A stretch of DNA of 64,000 nucleotides from an uncultured bacterium (GCA_963826535.1 CAWGXL010000010.1:234814-298813), one strand, 5' to 3'. Numbered from the stretch's first letter, positions 29,320 to 40,745 are shown. Numbers and translations: made by a program. Notes: generated by a model not told the origin, from the sequence alone.

Positions 29320-30918
29320 ATGTTTAAATTTGCACTTTTGTTAGGAATATTTTCTTATTTACTTTTTGCTCTTGGGTTATCGGGTTTATTATATGAACAT
29401 TTAATTATTTGGCTAACATTGAGTTATTGGGGTATAGCTACTTATTGGAGGAGGAAAAGTTTAATTTACTTATTTAGTAGTTTAATTAGAAATATTAAAA
29501 TTAAAGATAAACTCTTCTTTCTATTTTTTTTCCTTTTATTAAGTCAAGCGCTTGTCAATTTAATAGGAGCTTTGGGTCCGGAATTAGCTTTTGATGCATT
29601 GTGGTATCACTTAACTATTCCAAAAATATGGTTAAGTAATCATCAAATTAATTTTATACCCGGTGGATTACTTTATTACAGTGCAATGCCGAAATTAGCA
29701 GAATTATTATACACTGCAGGTCTGGCAATCGGCAATGAATTATTGCCAAAATTAATCCATTTCTCATTTGGCTTGTTGACATGTATTGCTATTTATAAAT
29801 TAGCACGAAAATTTTTCGCCCCAATTATTTCACTTCTTGCTGTAATAATTTTTTATTTTAATTTAGTTGTAGGCTGGGAATCCATAACTGCATATATTGA
29901 CTTAACACGAACATTTTTTGAAGTTATGGCTCTTTGGGCTTTTATCAATTGGTGGGAAGCGGGAAAAAAGAAGTGGATAATAATATCTGCGTTAATGGTC
30001 GGATTTGCAATTACAACAAAAATTCTCGCTCTCAGTTCGCTGCTCATATTTACAATACTTATTCTCTATAAAGGGTATACGCAAAAGCACAAGATCCATT
30101 TAGCTCATCTTTCTGGAATCCTATTATACTGGACACTATGTCTTATGGTGCCAATGCCATGGTTTATTTTTTCCTATTTTAATACGGGTAACCCAATATA
30201 TCCATTTTTCACCGAAATTTATCAAATTATTCCATCGCAATTTAGTATGACCAGTATAGTAAATGATATCGTAAATCTATTTATCTATTCTCCTGACCCT
30301 CTTTCACCTTTATATTTTATCTTCCTCCCACTAATAATTTTTATTTTTACGAAGTTTAAATCAGAAATTAAAATTATAACCATCTATTCCATATTTTCAA
30401 TTGTGTTGTGGAATTTTACTCCCAGAACTGGTGGAGGTAGATTTATACTTCCATATTTGCCAGCCATGTCAATTATCTGCGCTGCGTGTTTACATTTCTT
30501 AATTGAAAATAAGAAAAAATATGGCGCTTATTTTCCAGGAATTTTAATAATCATAATTATTGTAGTTTCTCTAATCTCTATTAGTTATCGTTTCATAGCA
30601 AATGCTAAATACCTTCCTGTTATTTTAGGAAGAGAAACAAAACATGAGTTTTTGGTAAACAATCTCAACTTTTCTTTTGGTGATTTTTATGATACTGACA
30701 AATATTTTGAAAAAAACATAAAATCAGATGATAAAATTTTGCTATTTGGATTTCATAATCTATATTATGTTGATTTTCAGTATATTGACTCATCTTGGCA
30801 AAAAGATAAAGATAAGTTTAATTATATCGCTACACAAAATATAAAGCTTCCGGAAAAGTATAAAAATTGGAAGCTCATATATGTAAATGAGAAAACAATG
30901 GTAAAATTATATAAGTGA
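29320..30918 (+). CDS. Multi-TM GT-C (ArnT/PMT-like) glycosyltransferase
   Basis: FDALWYHL, AYIDL, TGNPIYP, RFILP; start inferred 6 nt after TACAAT. Confidence 0.75.
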   Translation: MFKFALLLGIFSYLLFALGLSGLLYEHLIIWLTLSYWGIATYWRRKSLIYLFSSLIRNIKIKDKLFFLFFFLLLSQALVNLIGALGPELAFDALWYHLTIPKIWLSNHQINFIPGGLLYYSAMPKLAELLYTAGLAIGNELLPKLIHFSFGLLTCIAIYKLARKFFAPIISLLAVIIFYFNLVVGWESITAYIDLTRTFFEVMALWAFINWWEAGKKKWIIISALMVGFAITTKILALSSLLIFTILILYKGYTQKHKIHLAHLSGILLYWTLCLMVPMPWFIFSYFNTGNPIYPFFTEIYQIIPSQFSMTSIVNDIVNLFIYSPDPLSPLYFIFLPLIIFIFTKFKSEIKIITIYSIFSIVLWNFTPRTGGGRFILPYLPAMSIICAACLHFLIENKKKYGAYFPGILIIIIIVVSLISISYRFIANAKYLPVILGRETKHEFLVNNLNFSFGDFYDTDKYFEKNIKSDDKILLFGFHNLYYVDFQYIDSSWQKDKDKFNYIATQNIKLPEKYKNWKLIYVNEKTMVKLYK

Positions 30919-30931
30919 CTTGGGATTATTA

Positions 30932-32152
30932 ATGAAATTCCTAAAACTACTATTCATATTAATTTTTATCCTTTTTCCCTTTGGTGAGTTATTGCGGTTT
31001 GAAATAGGAAACAATATAGCAATTAAGCCGCTCGATATAGCAGTCGGACTAGCTGCTGCAAATTGGTTAGTTTTAACACTATTCAAAAAACACAAACCCA
31101 AACTCATTCACTGGCTGTTTTTAGCCTTTCCTTTAATTGGCTTCCTTTCTTTGATTATTAGCAGTAACTGGTTAAAACCGCATGAATTCTTAACTAGCTT
31201 TCTTTATTTAGTTCGTTGGGTATCATACGCATCTATATTTTTTATAGTAATGGGTTTTGACAGGTCATTCAAAAAGATAATATGGTTTATAATGATTTTT
31301 GACGGACTGATAATTCTATTAGTAGGCTTTATACAATATTACTTTTATTCTAGTCTTAAGAGTCTTTATTATTTAGGTTGGGATGAACATTTGCACCGGA
31401 TGTTTTCAGTTTTCCTTGACCCAAATTACGCCGGCTCGTTTTTTGTTTTATACTTTTTATTTAATGGGGGACTGCTTTACAAAAGTATAATCAAGGCAAA
31501 AGAAAATAAACCGGCAAGTAAAAATTTAAATAATTATTTACTAAGCATTATTCTATTTTTAACGCTGATTGCTATATTTTTAACTTTTTCAAGATCTGCA
31601 ATTTTAATGCTCATTACTGGATCTATAACATTTTGTATACTGATTAAAAGAAAAAAATTCGTAATTTTTGTCTTAACAGCTATTTTACTATTTGGTATCA
31701 CTGCGTCTCCAAAATTTTATGATGAGAACATGAATATATTTAGGCAAAACTCAAGTGAGGCTCGTATAGACAATTACATAACCGCACTAACAATCATACG
31801 AGACCACCCATTAGTGGGCGTTGGATTTAATAGTTATCGTTATACTAAAGAATTGTATGGGCTGGATCATGATTGGGTTGACGCGCCGTCACATGCAGAT
31901 GCTGGTGTAGACAACAGTTTACTTTTTGTACTAGCCACAACCGGAATAATTGGACTAACAGCTTACTTAGGAATTTGGAGAGTGATTATTAATAAGTCAT
32001 GGCATTATTACACAAAAAAAAGATCTTCTATTGCTATTGTTGTAATAGCTTCAGGAACTGGCATTCTTATCAACTCTTTTTTTATAAATAGTCTCTTTTT
32101 TGCCCCGCTAATGCTCTGGATGTGGGCGGTCATAGGATTAATGGAAGATTAA
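30932..32152 (+). CDS. O-antigen ligase/Wzy_C family protein
   Basis: R..SVFLDPN, TFSRS, HPLVGVGFN, DNS.L.VLATTGIIG; start 30920 or 30932. Confidence 0.88.
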   Translation: MKFLKLLFILIFILFPFGELLRFEIGNNIAIKPLDIAVGLAAANWLVLTLFKKHKPKLIHWLFLAFPLIGFLSLIISSNWLKPHEFLTSFLYLVRWVSYASIFFIVMGFDRSFKKIIWFIMIFDGLIILLVGFIQYYFYSSLKSLYYLGWDEHLHRMFSVFLDPNYAGSFFVLYFLFNGGLLYKSIIKAKENKPASKNLNNYLLSIILFLTLIAIFLTFSRSAILMLITGSITFCILIKRKKFVIFVLTAILLFGITASPKFYDENMNIFRQNSSEARIDNYITALTIIRDHPLVGVGFNSYRYTKELYGLDHDWVDAPSHADAGVDNSLLFVLATTGIIGLTAYLGIWRVIINKSWHYYTKKRSSIAIVVIASGTGILINSFFINSLFFAPLMLWMWAVIGLMED

Positions 32153-32157
32153 CTAAG

Positions 32158-32871
32158 CTATTCAATTTTCACAACAACTTCCTTTTCAGTTTTGTTACCC
32201 GCCTCATCAGATGCTACTATCTTTATTTTATTATCACCTTTTTGTAAATTTAATAAATATGAAAAATTTCCCAGGTTATCAATAATCGCCCAATATCCAT
32301 TTACGGTTACCTGTGCGTCTCCATCTGTTTTTCCCTCGACATTAATATTGCTACTATTTGATATAATTTGTTGATCGTTTGGATATTTAACTTCCAAAGC
32401 TGGTGATTTATTTTTGTATACAATATGAATATTTTGAGAATATTGACTTTCTTTATTGTTGGATTCTATTGATTTTGCCTTTATATCATTTTCTCCATTA
32501 GCAAGAATAACATTGTTGATAACAAAATTTTTATCCTCATCTGATTTTATCTGTTTAATATACTTACCGTTTAGATAAAGTTTAACCGTTTGATTTGGTA
32601 ACGCAGAACCGGAAATTGTAATCTGGGCACTATTTGTAGCACTTGGAAGGAGATTAAGTACAGGCGGGGGTATATAGTTCGAATTATTTACAGAAATAGA
32701 ACTTTCATTACTCCCCCTAAAATTTTCAACGAATAAACTAAAATTAATAAGTAGAGGTACTCCATAAAAAAAGAACACTAAAATTAAGAAAAAAAAACCT
32801 ATAATAATAAGAATTATATTTCGCGCGTAGCGCTTATGGGACAGTTGCTCAAGTCTGGATTTTTTTACCAT
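32158..32871 (-). CDS. Membrane-anchored protein with two bacterial Ig-like domains
   Basis: N-terminal TM; ITISGSA..N.TVKLYLNG, L.NGENDI, GDNKIKIVASDEAGN. Confidence 0.82.
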   Translation of the reverse strand: MVKKSRLEQLSHKRYARNIILIIIGFFFLILVFFFYGVPLLINFSLFVENFRGSNESSISVNNSNYIPPPVLNLLPSATNSAQITISGSALPNQTVKLYLNGKYIKQIKSDEDKNFVINNVILANGENDIKAKSIESNNKESQYSQNIHIVYKNKSPALEVKYPNDQQIISNSSNINVEGKTDGDAQVTVNGYWAIIDNLGNFSYLLNLQKGDNKIKIVASDEAGNKTEKEVVVKIE

Positions 32872-32872
32872 G

Positions 32873-32944
32873 AGCCTACGGTCGGATTTGAACTGACAAC
32901 CTGCGGTTTACGATACCGCTGCTCTACCGTTGAGCTACGTAGGC
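32873..32944 (-). tRNA. tRNA-Thr(CGT)
   Basis: Acceptor GCCTACG/CGTAGGC; anticodon arm GCGGT-ATCGTAA-ACCGC; T loop TTCAAAT; no encoded CCA. Confidence 0.93.
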
Positions 32945-33058
32945 ATTCAATACTGATATTTTACGAAATATAATATAATAAGGCAAATCCTAAAAACTGA
33001 GTTTTATTAAAATAAATTTAAAACTTGAAGCTAAATTTTTAAATTTAAACCTTATGAC

Positions 33059-33145
33059 TTAGCAATTATTTTAAATGACTGCTAATTTTATAAAGCAGCA
33101 TAGCCACTTTTATTTTTACTAGCAAATTTCTTTGTCAACTGCTAA
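33059..33145. promoter_or_regulatory. Two CIRCE-like inverted repeats (TAGCA-N15-TGCTAA), 60 bp apart
   Basis: ttagcaattattttaaatgactgctaa and ctagcaaatttctttgtcaactgctaa. Confidence 0.55.
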
Positions 33146-33254
33146 TAAATCAGTTTAACTTTAAAAACTTATGCGTATTTTACGAATAATATATAAATAA
33201 AAACGAAATCGTATAAAAATGATAGTCAAATTGAAATATATTACAGTATATATT

Positions 33255-33686
33255 TTACCCTTGTGGTACTGGAGTTCGTTGTCTTCGTCTACGGTTTGCA
33301 ACATGTAATTCTGAAACTGCACGTCTCAGATCCGCCTGAGCAACGGCAAAATCTCGCTCACTTAAGCCTTCTTTAGTTTTCTTCAAAATCTCCTCAGCCC
33401 GTTTCTTTGCAGCTAGCGCTTTCTCAACTTCAATTTCCTCTGAATGAATAGCATAATCCGCAAGTATGGTCACCCCTTCTTTCCCGACTTCAAGAAATCC
33501 CCCGGTAATAGCATAGTTTTGCTCCCGGCCTTTTATCTTCAAAATCATTTCACCTGGGTTTACAGCCGTTACCAAAGGCATATGATGTGGTAGAATGCCT
33601 ATCTGACCGCTTGGCGTATTCACTATCAATTCATCAATCTCTTCATTTAGAACCGTTTTATTAGGAGTAATTACCGCAAGATGCAT
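33255..33686 (-). CDS. atpC: ATP synthase epsilon subunit
   Basis: GQIGILPHHMPL, GGFLEV; operon position. Confidence 0.95.
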   Translation of the reverse strand: MHLAVITPNKTVLNEEIDELIVNTPSGQIGILPHHMPLVTAVNPGEMILKIKGREQNYAITGGFLEVGKEGVTILADYAIHSEEIEVEKALAAKKRAEEILKKTKEGLSERDFAVAQADLRRAVSELHVANRRRRQRTPVPQG

Positions 33687-33697
33687 ACTTTTATAAT

Positions 33698-35125
<1,428 letters not shown>

Positions 35126-35196
35126 TTATTATTGCGAGTGACAGCAATGTAACGCAGTTCCGCTTAGCCGGGCTTCATCAATCTCCCTCTCAATTT

Positions 35197-36060
35197 TTAC
35201 GTCGCCAATCCAGCCCCGGTAATATCTAATAATTCACTTGTAATTTTTGCCTGCCTGGTCTTGTTGTACTCAAGTTTTAGATCTTCAATAATATCATTTG
35301 CGTTTGTTGTGGCATTTTGCATCGTAATCATACGACTTGCCTGTTCGGATGCAAAGCTTTCCAGGAAGAAATGATAAAGAGACATCTCTAAATGATGCCG
35401 TAACAATTCAGGTAGGATCTCTAATGGGCTCGGTTCAAAAACATAAGGTAGATCAGGTATTTTATCCACTGCAGTTTCCTCTGATAATTTGACAGGCAAT
35501 AGCGTTGTACTGGTCGGACTTTGAGAGAAGAAGCTTACGAAATCAGTATAGAGCACTTTTACTTTGTCAACTTTACCACCCAAATAATACTCGTCAATAA
35601 TTTTAATAATCGGATAAATTATGTCAAAGGCTGGGGTTGTCGTCCCGAAATGAAAGTTAGCTACTACCTGCTGGTTCATTCGCACAACCTGACCTTCAAT
35701 TTTGCGACCTACTACAATACACAAAGAATCAGCGCTGGTTTTTTGATAATCTATAAATGCTCTTAAAAGGTTTGAAACTAATCCTCCACACAAACCCTTA
35801 TCTGGCGCGAGAATTACCAATAAGGTTTTTCCACTTCTTGTATCATTTTTAACGTAAGGGTGGTTAAAAGTCCCTTTATCAATTTTGCTAACAACGTTAT
35901 GAGTTAAAATATCCAATAGTTTCACATATGGCCGGGTGGATATAGCAGCGTTTTGAGCCTTCTTCAGCTTTGATGCCGAAATCATCTGCATAGCTTTAGT
36001 CGTTTTTGAGACATTTCTTGCAGCTTGTATCCTTCTTTTTAATGAAATTATTGTTGCCAT
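35197..36060 (-). CDS. atpG: ATP synthase gamma subunit
   Basis: TKAMQMISASK, DKGLCG, YNKTRQAKIT. Confidence 0.97.
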   Translation of the reverse strand: MATIISLKRRIQAARNVSKTTKAMQMISASKLKKAQNAAISTRPYVKLLDILTHNVVSKIDKGTFNHPYVKNDTRSGKTLLVILAPDKGLCGGLVSNLLRAFIDYQKTSADSLCIVVGRKIEGQVVRMNQQVVANFHFGTTTPAFDIIYPIIKIIDEYYLGGKVDKVKVLYTDFVSFFSQSPTSTTLLPVKLSEETAVDKIPDLPYVFEPSPLEILPELLRHHLEMSLYHFFLESFASEQASRMITMQNATTNANDIIEDLKLEYNKTRQAKITSELLDITGAGLAT

Positions 36061-36063
36061 AAT

Positions 36064-37605
36064 TTAAACTGTAAATCTTTTTTTAAATTCGTGCACTAAC
36101 TTTTCCAATAATTTGATCTTTGTTTCATCAAGTTTTTTCCCATCTTCCAGCTCCTCTAATACTTTCTGGTTTGTAGTGCGGGCATAGTTAATAATTTCCT
36201 TCTCAAATCGGCTTACATTATGTGCTGGTATATCGTCAATATTTCCACTGGTTACAGACCAGATGGACAATATTTCTTCCGCCTCTGAATACGGCTGATA
36301 CTGTTCCTGTTTAAGTATCTCAGTCAATTTGAGACCTCGGTCAAGCTGCTTTTGGGTTGCCGGATCAAGCTCGCTTCCGAATTGCGCAAACGCAGCCAAT
36401 TCCCTGTATTGAGCCAATTCCAGACGCATTTTTCCGGCTACAGATTTCATAGCCCCTGTCTGCGCTGCGCCGCCAACTCTGGAAACCGAATTGCCTGCGT
36501 TAATTGCCGGTCTGATTCCTACATTAAATAAATTCCCTTCCAGAAAAATTTGCCCATCAGTGATAGAAATAACATTTGTCGGAATATATGCTGAAATATC
36601 ACCGGCCTGAGTTTCAATAATCGGCAGTGCAGTAATTGACCCGCCGCCATTTTTCGCGTTTAGCTTAACTGCACGCTCCAGAAGTCTACTATGCAGATAA
36701 AATATATCCCCCGGATATGCTTCACGTCCGGCTGGTCTTCTCAGTACAAGTGAAATTTGTCTATATGCCCATGCGTGTTTTGTCAAATCATCATAAACAA
36801 TTAGCACGTCGTTACCCTTTTCCATAAAATACTCAGCTATTGCGCACCCTCCATAGGGAGCCAGATATTGAAGAGCTGCGGGTGCAGAAGCGCCCGCGAC
36901 CACAACTATAGTGTAATCCATTGCGCCCTCTTCTTTAAGTCTGCTTACAATTTGTGCAATAGAACCTTCCTTTTGTCCGATTGCCACATAAATACAAATT
37001 ACAGGTTTCAATTTCCCCTGTGTTTTTTTACTTTTTGCTTGGAATCGTTTCTGATTGATAATAGTATCTACGGCAATCGCTGTCTTACCCAAACCTCGGT
37101 CGCCGATGATGAGTTCTCTCTGTCCACGACCTATCGGTATCATCGCGTCAATAGGTTTTATCCCGGTCTTCAGAGGTGTGTCAACTGGATCTCTTTGCAC
37201 GACCCCCGCGGCAATCCTCTCAAGCGGCATAGATTTGCCGTTTTTAATGCGTGACAACCCATCAAGTGGTTCGCCCATTGGAGAAATAACTCTCCCAAGA
37301 AGATCTTCAGATGCGTCCACCGATAAAACTTTTCCCGTTCTACTAACTTTATCTCCTTCTTTTATTCTTAAATTCTGTTCCAACAAGATAATTGATACAT
37401 TATCCTCATTAAGATTGAAGACAACACCGGTCGCACCTTTTTCAAAACTTACAATTTCAGCCATTCCGGCCTCTGATAATCCGGAGCAACTTATAACTCC
37501 GTCCTGATTCGTCTCAACGATACCAATGTTTTCCGAATTTTTCTCAGCTGAAAAAGTATGTATTCTGTTTTCTAATTGTTTTAAAATATCTTGACTGTCT
37601 ATCAT
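36064..37605 (-). CDS. atpA: ATP synthase alpha subunit
   Basis: [29 protein letters not shown]. Confidence 0.98.
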   Translation of the reverse strand: MIDSQDILKQLENRIHTFSAEKNSENIGIVETNQDGVISCSGLSEAGMAEIVSFEKGATGVVFNLNEDNVSIILLEQNLRIKEGDKVSRTGKVLSVDASEDLLGRVISPMGEPLDGLSRIKNGKSMPLERIAAGVVQRDPVDTPLKTGIKPIDAMIPIGRGQRELIIGDRGLGKTAIAVDTIINQKRFQAKSKKTQGKLKPVICIYVAIGQKEGSIAQIVSRLKEEGAMDYTIVVVAGASAPAALQYLAPYGGCAIAEYFMEKGNDVLIVYDDLTKHAWAYRQISLVLRRPAGREAYPGDIFYLHSRLLERAVKLNAKNGGGSITALPIIETQAGDISAYIPTNVISITDGQIFLEGNLFNVGIRPAINAGNSVSRVGGAAQTGAMKSVAGKMRLELAQYRELAAFAQFGSELDPATQKQLDRGLKLTEILKQEQYQPYSEAEEILSIWSVTSGNIDDIPAHNVSRFEKEIINYARTTNQKVLEELEDGKKLDETKIKLLEKLVHEFKKRFTV

Positions 37606-37955
37606 AAAGATCTGTCTAAATAAACTCTCAACTGTTCCAAAACCCCATTCATATTAAAATTATATACCATATCATTCTCAATTATCCGTATTCCTAGAAG
37701 TAGCTCATAATCTTTCCGGAAATTAACTTGTTTATTTGGGAACAAATCCTCCAACAACTTTTTATTTTGTGCGCTTAAATCAAATGAATGATCAATATAA
37801 ACATTCATTTTACTCTCTTTACTCTTCAAGGCCTTAAAATATACCCGCAACTCAGCCCTGGTTAAATGGTTTATTATATTATTAACAATCTTATTATCCA
37901 GCCTATTATCCACATAACTTGCTTCGGCTAATTTTGAAATCTGTTTTTTGTCCAT
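37602..37955 (-). CDS. atpH: ATP synthase delta subunit (short form)
   Basis: Lies between atpF and atpA; [10 protein letters not shown]-terminal motif. Confidence 0.75.
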   Translation of the reverse strand: MDKKQISKLAEASYVDNRLDNKIVNNIINHLTRAELRVYFKALKSKESKMNVYIDHSFDLSAQNKKLLEDLFPNKQVNFRKDYELLLGIRIIENDMVYNFNMNGVLEQLRVYLDRSL

Positions 37956-38461
37956 TAATCTACCTTCTTTCTTATCTTTTGAATTGCATTCTTAATTATA
38001 TCCTCTTGATCCTCTTTACTGAATATCTGAACTGTTGATTTCTGTAGAAGTTCTATTGCCAGTCCGCTTATTTGCATGGAGAGTACTCTCTGCGCTTCTT
38101 TTGTCTCTAAGACGATTTGCTTTTTAGCGTCCTCCAAAACTTTTTGAGCCTGTATCTTAGCTTTTGCTTCAGTAGCAGTCAGGATCTGTTCACTTTGTTT
38201 TCTTGTTTCCTCAAGCAACTTTTTAGCTTCTAATTGTGCCCGTTTCAATACATCTTTTTCCTTCACCACAGTTTTCTCCAGAAGCAACCGTGACTCTTCA
38301 GCCTGCTTCAACCCTTCTTTAATTGTTTCCTGACGCTTTTTTAATACATCCAGGATCTTTTTATAAAAAAACCTTTTTAAAATATATAAAACAATTAAAA
38401 AGTTTACTATCTGAGCACTAAGAAGTACCAGATCTACCCCAAAATTTTTAAAAATTTCCAT
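37955..38461 (-). CDS. atpF: ATP synthase b subunit
   Basis: QIVNFLIVLYILKRF plus coiled coil. Confidence 0.95.
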   Translation of the reverse strand: MEIFKNFGVDLVLLSAQIVNFLIVLYILKRFFYKKILDVLKKRQETIKEGLKQAEESRLLLEKTVVKEKDVLKRAQLEAKKLLEETRKQSEQILTATEAKAKIQAQKVLEDAKKQIVLETKEAQRVLSMQISGLAIELLQKSTVQIFSKEDQEDIIKNAIQKIRKKVD

Positions 38462-38491
38462 AATAAATTAATTTTTCCTTTTACCTTATCT

Positions 38492-38587
38492 TGTCATCCC
38501 TTCCGCCAGCTGGCGGATCATAATCTCAAGCGTTTGGGATCTTGAATTAAATTCAGAGCCTGTCCTGAAGTTCTTTCAGGGATGACA
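38492..38587 (+). repeat. Family A-type composite palindrome
   Basis: 10 bp terminal IR tgtcatccct/agggatgaca enclosing the hairpins tccgccagctggcgga and cctgaagttctttcagg. Confidence 0.85.
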
Positions 38588-38601
38588 GTACTTAAAACAC
38601 T

Positions 38602-38811
38602 TTATATCTTAATAAACGCAAAGATAAGTGAATAAATAGCTATTGCCTCTGCGAATGCCATGCCCAATAACATGATTGGGATAATTTTTCCAGATGCATC
38701 CGGATTGCGTCCAATTGCTTCCACAGCCTTAGCTCCAATAAATCCTACCCCAATCGCCGGGCCTAAACCTCCAACTGCAACAATAATACCTCCTGTAACA
38801 CTAATTTCCAT
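38602..38811 (-). CDS. atpE: ATP synthase c subunit
   Basis: GRNPDA, AFAEAIAIY; SD AGGAGGTGA at 38819-38827. Confidence 0.96.
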   Translation of the reverse strand: MEISVTGGIIVAVGGLGPAIGVGFIGAKAVEAIGRNPDASGKIIPIMLLGMAFAEAIAIYSLIFAFIKI

Positions 38812-38818
38812 AAATAAC

Positions 38819-38954
38819 TCACCTCCTTTTAGAAGCTCTTAACGATCCCGATTCAATCGGGAGAGTTCTAGTGCTTCTTAAACCCGCCGCTAAAGCGCTC
38901 TTCAAGCCGTGTACAAATAGTACTGAAAAGGTTTGAAGTAAGCTTAGGCGGGTT
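38819..38954 (+). repeat. Composite SD + family C hairpin + family B hairpin, copy 1
   Basis: Colinear with 52643-52784. Confidence 0.88.
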
Positions 38955-38955
38955 A

Positions 38956-39684
38956 TTACCCATGCGCGCTTTCACTATGCGGTGTCATAAGCATTGACAT
39001 AAATACCAAAGTTAACATTGAAAACACCATTGCTTGTACTACACCGACAAGAATTTCCAACATTATAAATGGAATTGGCAACAAAAAGGCAAAAAGAGAC
39101 CCAATTGTTGCCAAAAGTATTTCTCCTGCAAATATATTACCAAAAAGTCGGAAAGAAAGCGAGATGAGTTTTGTAATTTCAGAAACTATCTCCAAAAGAC
39201 CTACAAATAAATTTAGAGGATTTAAAGAGAAGTAACGGCTTAAATATTCTTTAATTCCAACTGTGCTGATAGCAAAAAAATGTGTAGCGAAAAGAGAAAT
39301 CAAAGTAAGTGCCAAAGTCATATTTAAATCACTCGTAGCATTTCGAAATATCGGTACTAAATTGCCATGCTCTTTTAGCCCTATAGAGCCATGTCCGGGA
39401 ATTAACCCTGACCAGTTGGTAATAAGTATAACTATAAAAAAACTCATGAAGTAGGGGAATATCTTAATTGTGTGTTTGCCTGCGATTGTCTCTGTTAAAT
39501 CATAAAAAGTTTCGACCAATAATTCCATGATATTTTGAAACATCCCGGGAATTTTTCTAAAATTTTTATTCAAGGCATAAACTCCACCTATAATAAGTGC
39601 ATCAACTACAAGAGTATTCAACACAGTGTTAGTTACACCAAAAGATCCAATATGAAAAATTACCTCAGGAGCCAGTTCAGTCAT
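38956..39684 (-). CDS. atpB: ATP synthase a subunit
   Basis: TSDLN.TL, SLSFRLFGNIFAGE, QAMVFSML; start moved to ATG 39684. Confidence 0.96.
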   Translation of the reverse strand: MTELAPEVIFHIGSFGVTNTVLNTLVVDALIIGGVYALNKNFRKIPGMFQNIMELLVETFYDLTETIAGKHTIKIFPYFMSFFIVILITNWSGLIPGHGSIGLKEHGNLVPIFRNATSDLNMTLALTLISLFATHFFAISTVGIKEYLSRYFSLNPLNLFVGLLEIVSEITKLISLSFRLFGNIFAGEILLATIGSLFAFLLPIPFIMLEILVGVVQAMVFSMLTLVFMSMLMTPHSESAHG

Positions 39685-39754
39685 ATAATTCTCGTATTTT
39701 TTTACTTTATCATTAATAATTAGCCTGTTTAAATTAACAAACAATGCATATTAG

Positions 39755-40324
39755 CTATGCATCTACCAAGGCTACTAAATTATCAGGCCTACCTGTTAGA
39801 CCAAAATTTACAACCGTCATTCTTCCTGGTTCTCCTCTTTGCATAGGTTGATTTGTTGAGCCTGCGGCGTAGTAACTCTGTATCTCTAATTTTGCTAATT
39901 GTTTTTCTCCAGCAACTTCGCGATAGGTAAATCTTCTAACCCAACCGTAACCGCGTCCTTGGGTACGTGAAGCTTCAGTTAGATATCCTGCATCATCATA
40001 TTTAAACTCTGTTTCATACCTAGGCTCACTAATTCTAACTGGCCTGCCTTTCTCATCAAGCAAAACAGTTTGGTGGTAATCATCGTCATTATCAAACATT
40101 TTGACTTTTTTGACATTTGGCTTATCTGTATCCAAAACCATTGTTGGATTCGAAATAATTTCAGGACTCAAAACAATTTGTGGATAACAACCAGTAAAAT
40201 CACCTTCCCTAAAGCTTGGTTGGGGCTCTGATAAATGTTTATGAAATTGTCTTAGCGTACTCTCTTGTTCCGCATAACTCTGTTCTAGAAGATGATAAAA
40301 TAGCTTCTTTCCTAGCTCTGTCAT
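39755..40324 (-). CDS. Hypothetical protein with YD-repeat-like segments
   Basis: LDEKGRPV, EFKYDDAGYLTE. Confidence 0.65.
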   Translation of the reverse strand: MTELGKKLFYHLLEQSYAEQESTLRQFHKHLSEPQPSFREGDFTGCYPQIVLSPEIISNPTMVLDTDKPNVKKVKMFDNDDDYHQTVLLDEKGRPVRISEPRYETEFKYDDAGYLTEASRTQGRGYGWVRRFTYREVAGEKQLAKLEIQSYYAAGSTNQPMQRGEPGRMTVVNFGLTGRPDNLVALVDA

Positions 40325-40367
40325 AATTTTTACCTGCTCTTCTTAAATATAAAAAAACATTATACCA

Positions 40368-40745
40368 TTATTTCTTTTTTATTTCCTCCCCTTCATTTGT
40401 TATTGAAATGAGATGTCCTTTTTCCTCACTTGGTTTAAGCTTTTTTAAAACTTTGCAGATTTTTTTATCAATCTGGGCATTCGTCAATGTTGTCGAAAGA
40501 GCAATCACACTCGGCTTATTATCTTCAATTAATGGTTTAAAATCTTTTGTATTAAAAACTACAACTATATACTCGTTTTTCCCCGCAAGATGGTAAATAG
40601 CCTTGTCGTTCAATCCGCCCTTTTTCAAATCGTGATTAATGTGTCTTACAGTATGAAGATTATTTAGTTTTGCAAAACTTTCTCTTCGCGGTAAACCTTC
40701 ATCAAGCAGCAGCTTGCGTCTTATATGTCTTTTTGAAATCATCAA
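40368..40745 (-). CDS. PIN-like (DUF5615/VapC45-like) toxin
   Basis: KLLLDEGLP, D..IY.LA, FNTKDF; downstream of DUF433. Confidence 0.75.
   Translation of the reverse strand: MMISKRHIRRKLLLDEGLPRRESFAKLNNLHTVRHINHDLKKGGLNDKAIYHLAGKNEYIVVVFNTKDFKPLIEDNKPSVIALSTTLTNAQIDKKICKVLKKLKPSEEKGHLISITNEGEEIKKK

Noticed and set aside
32945-33250. Replication origin in the AT-rich gap
   Set aside because: No DnaA boxes (TTATCCACA-like) were seen and no dnaA/dnaN lies nearby.
35126-35195. Decayed family A-like remnant between atpG and atpD (attgcgag...caatctc)
   Set aside because: The right arm is missing and it is too degenerate to list as a feature.
38602-38811. Na+-coupled ATP synthase
   Set aside because: Subunit c lacks the Gln and the ES/T residues of the Na+ signature (it has EAIAIY), consistent with ordinary H+ coupling.
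38883-38952. Hammerhead ribozyme reading of family B (contains tgaaa)
   Set aside because: No CUGANGA core or three-way junction on either strand.
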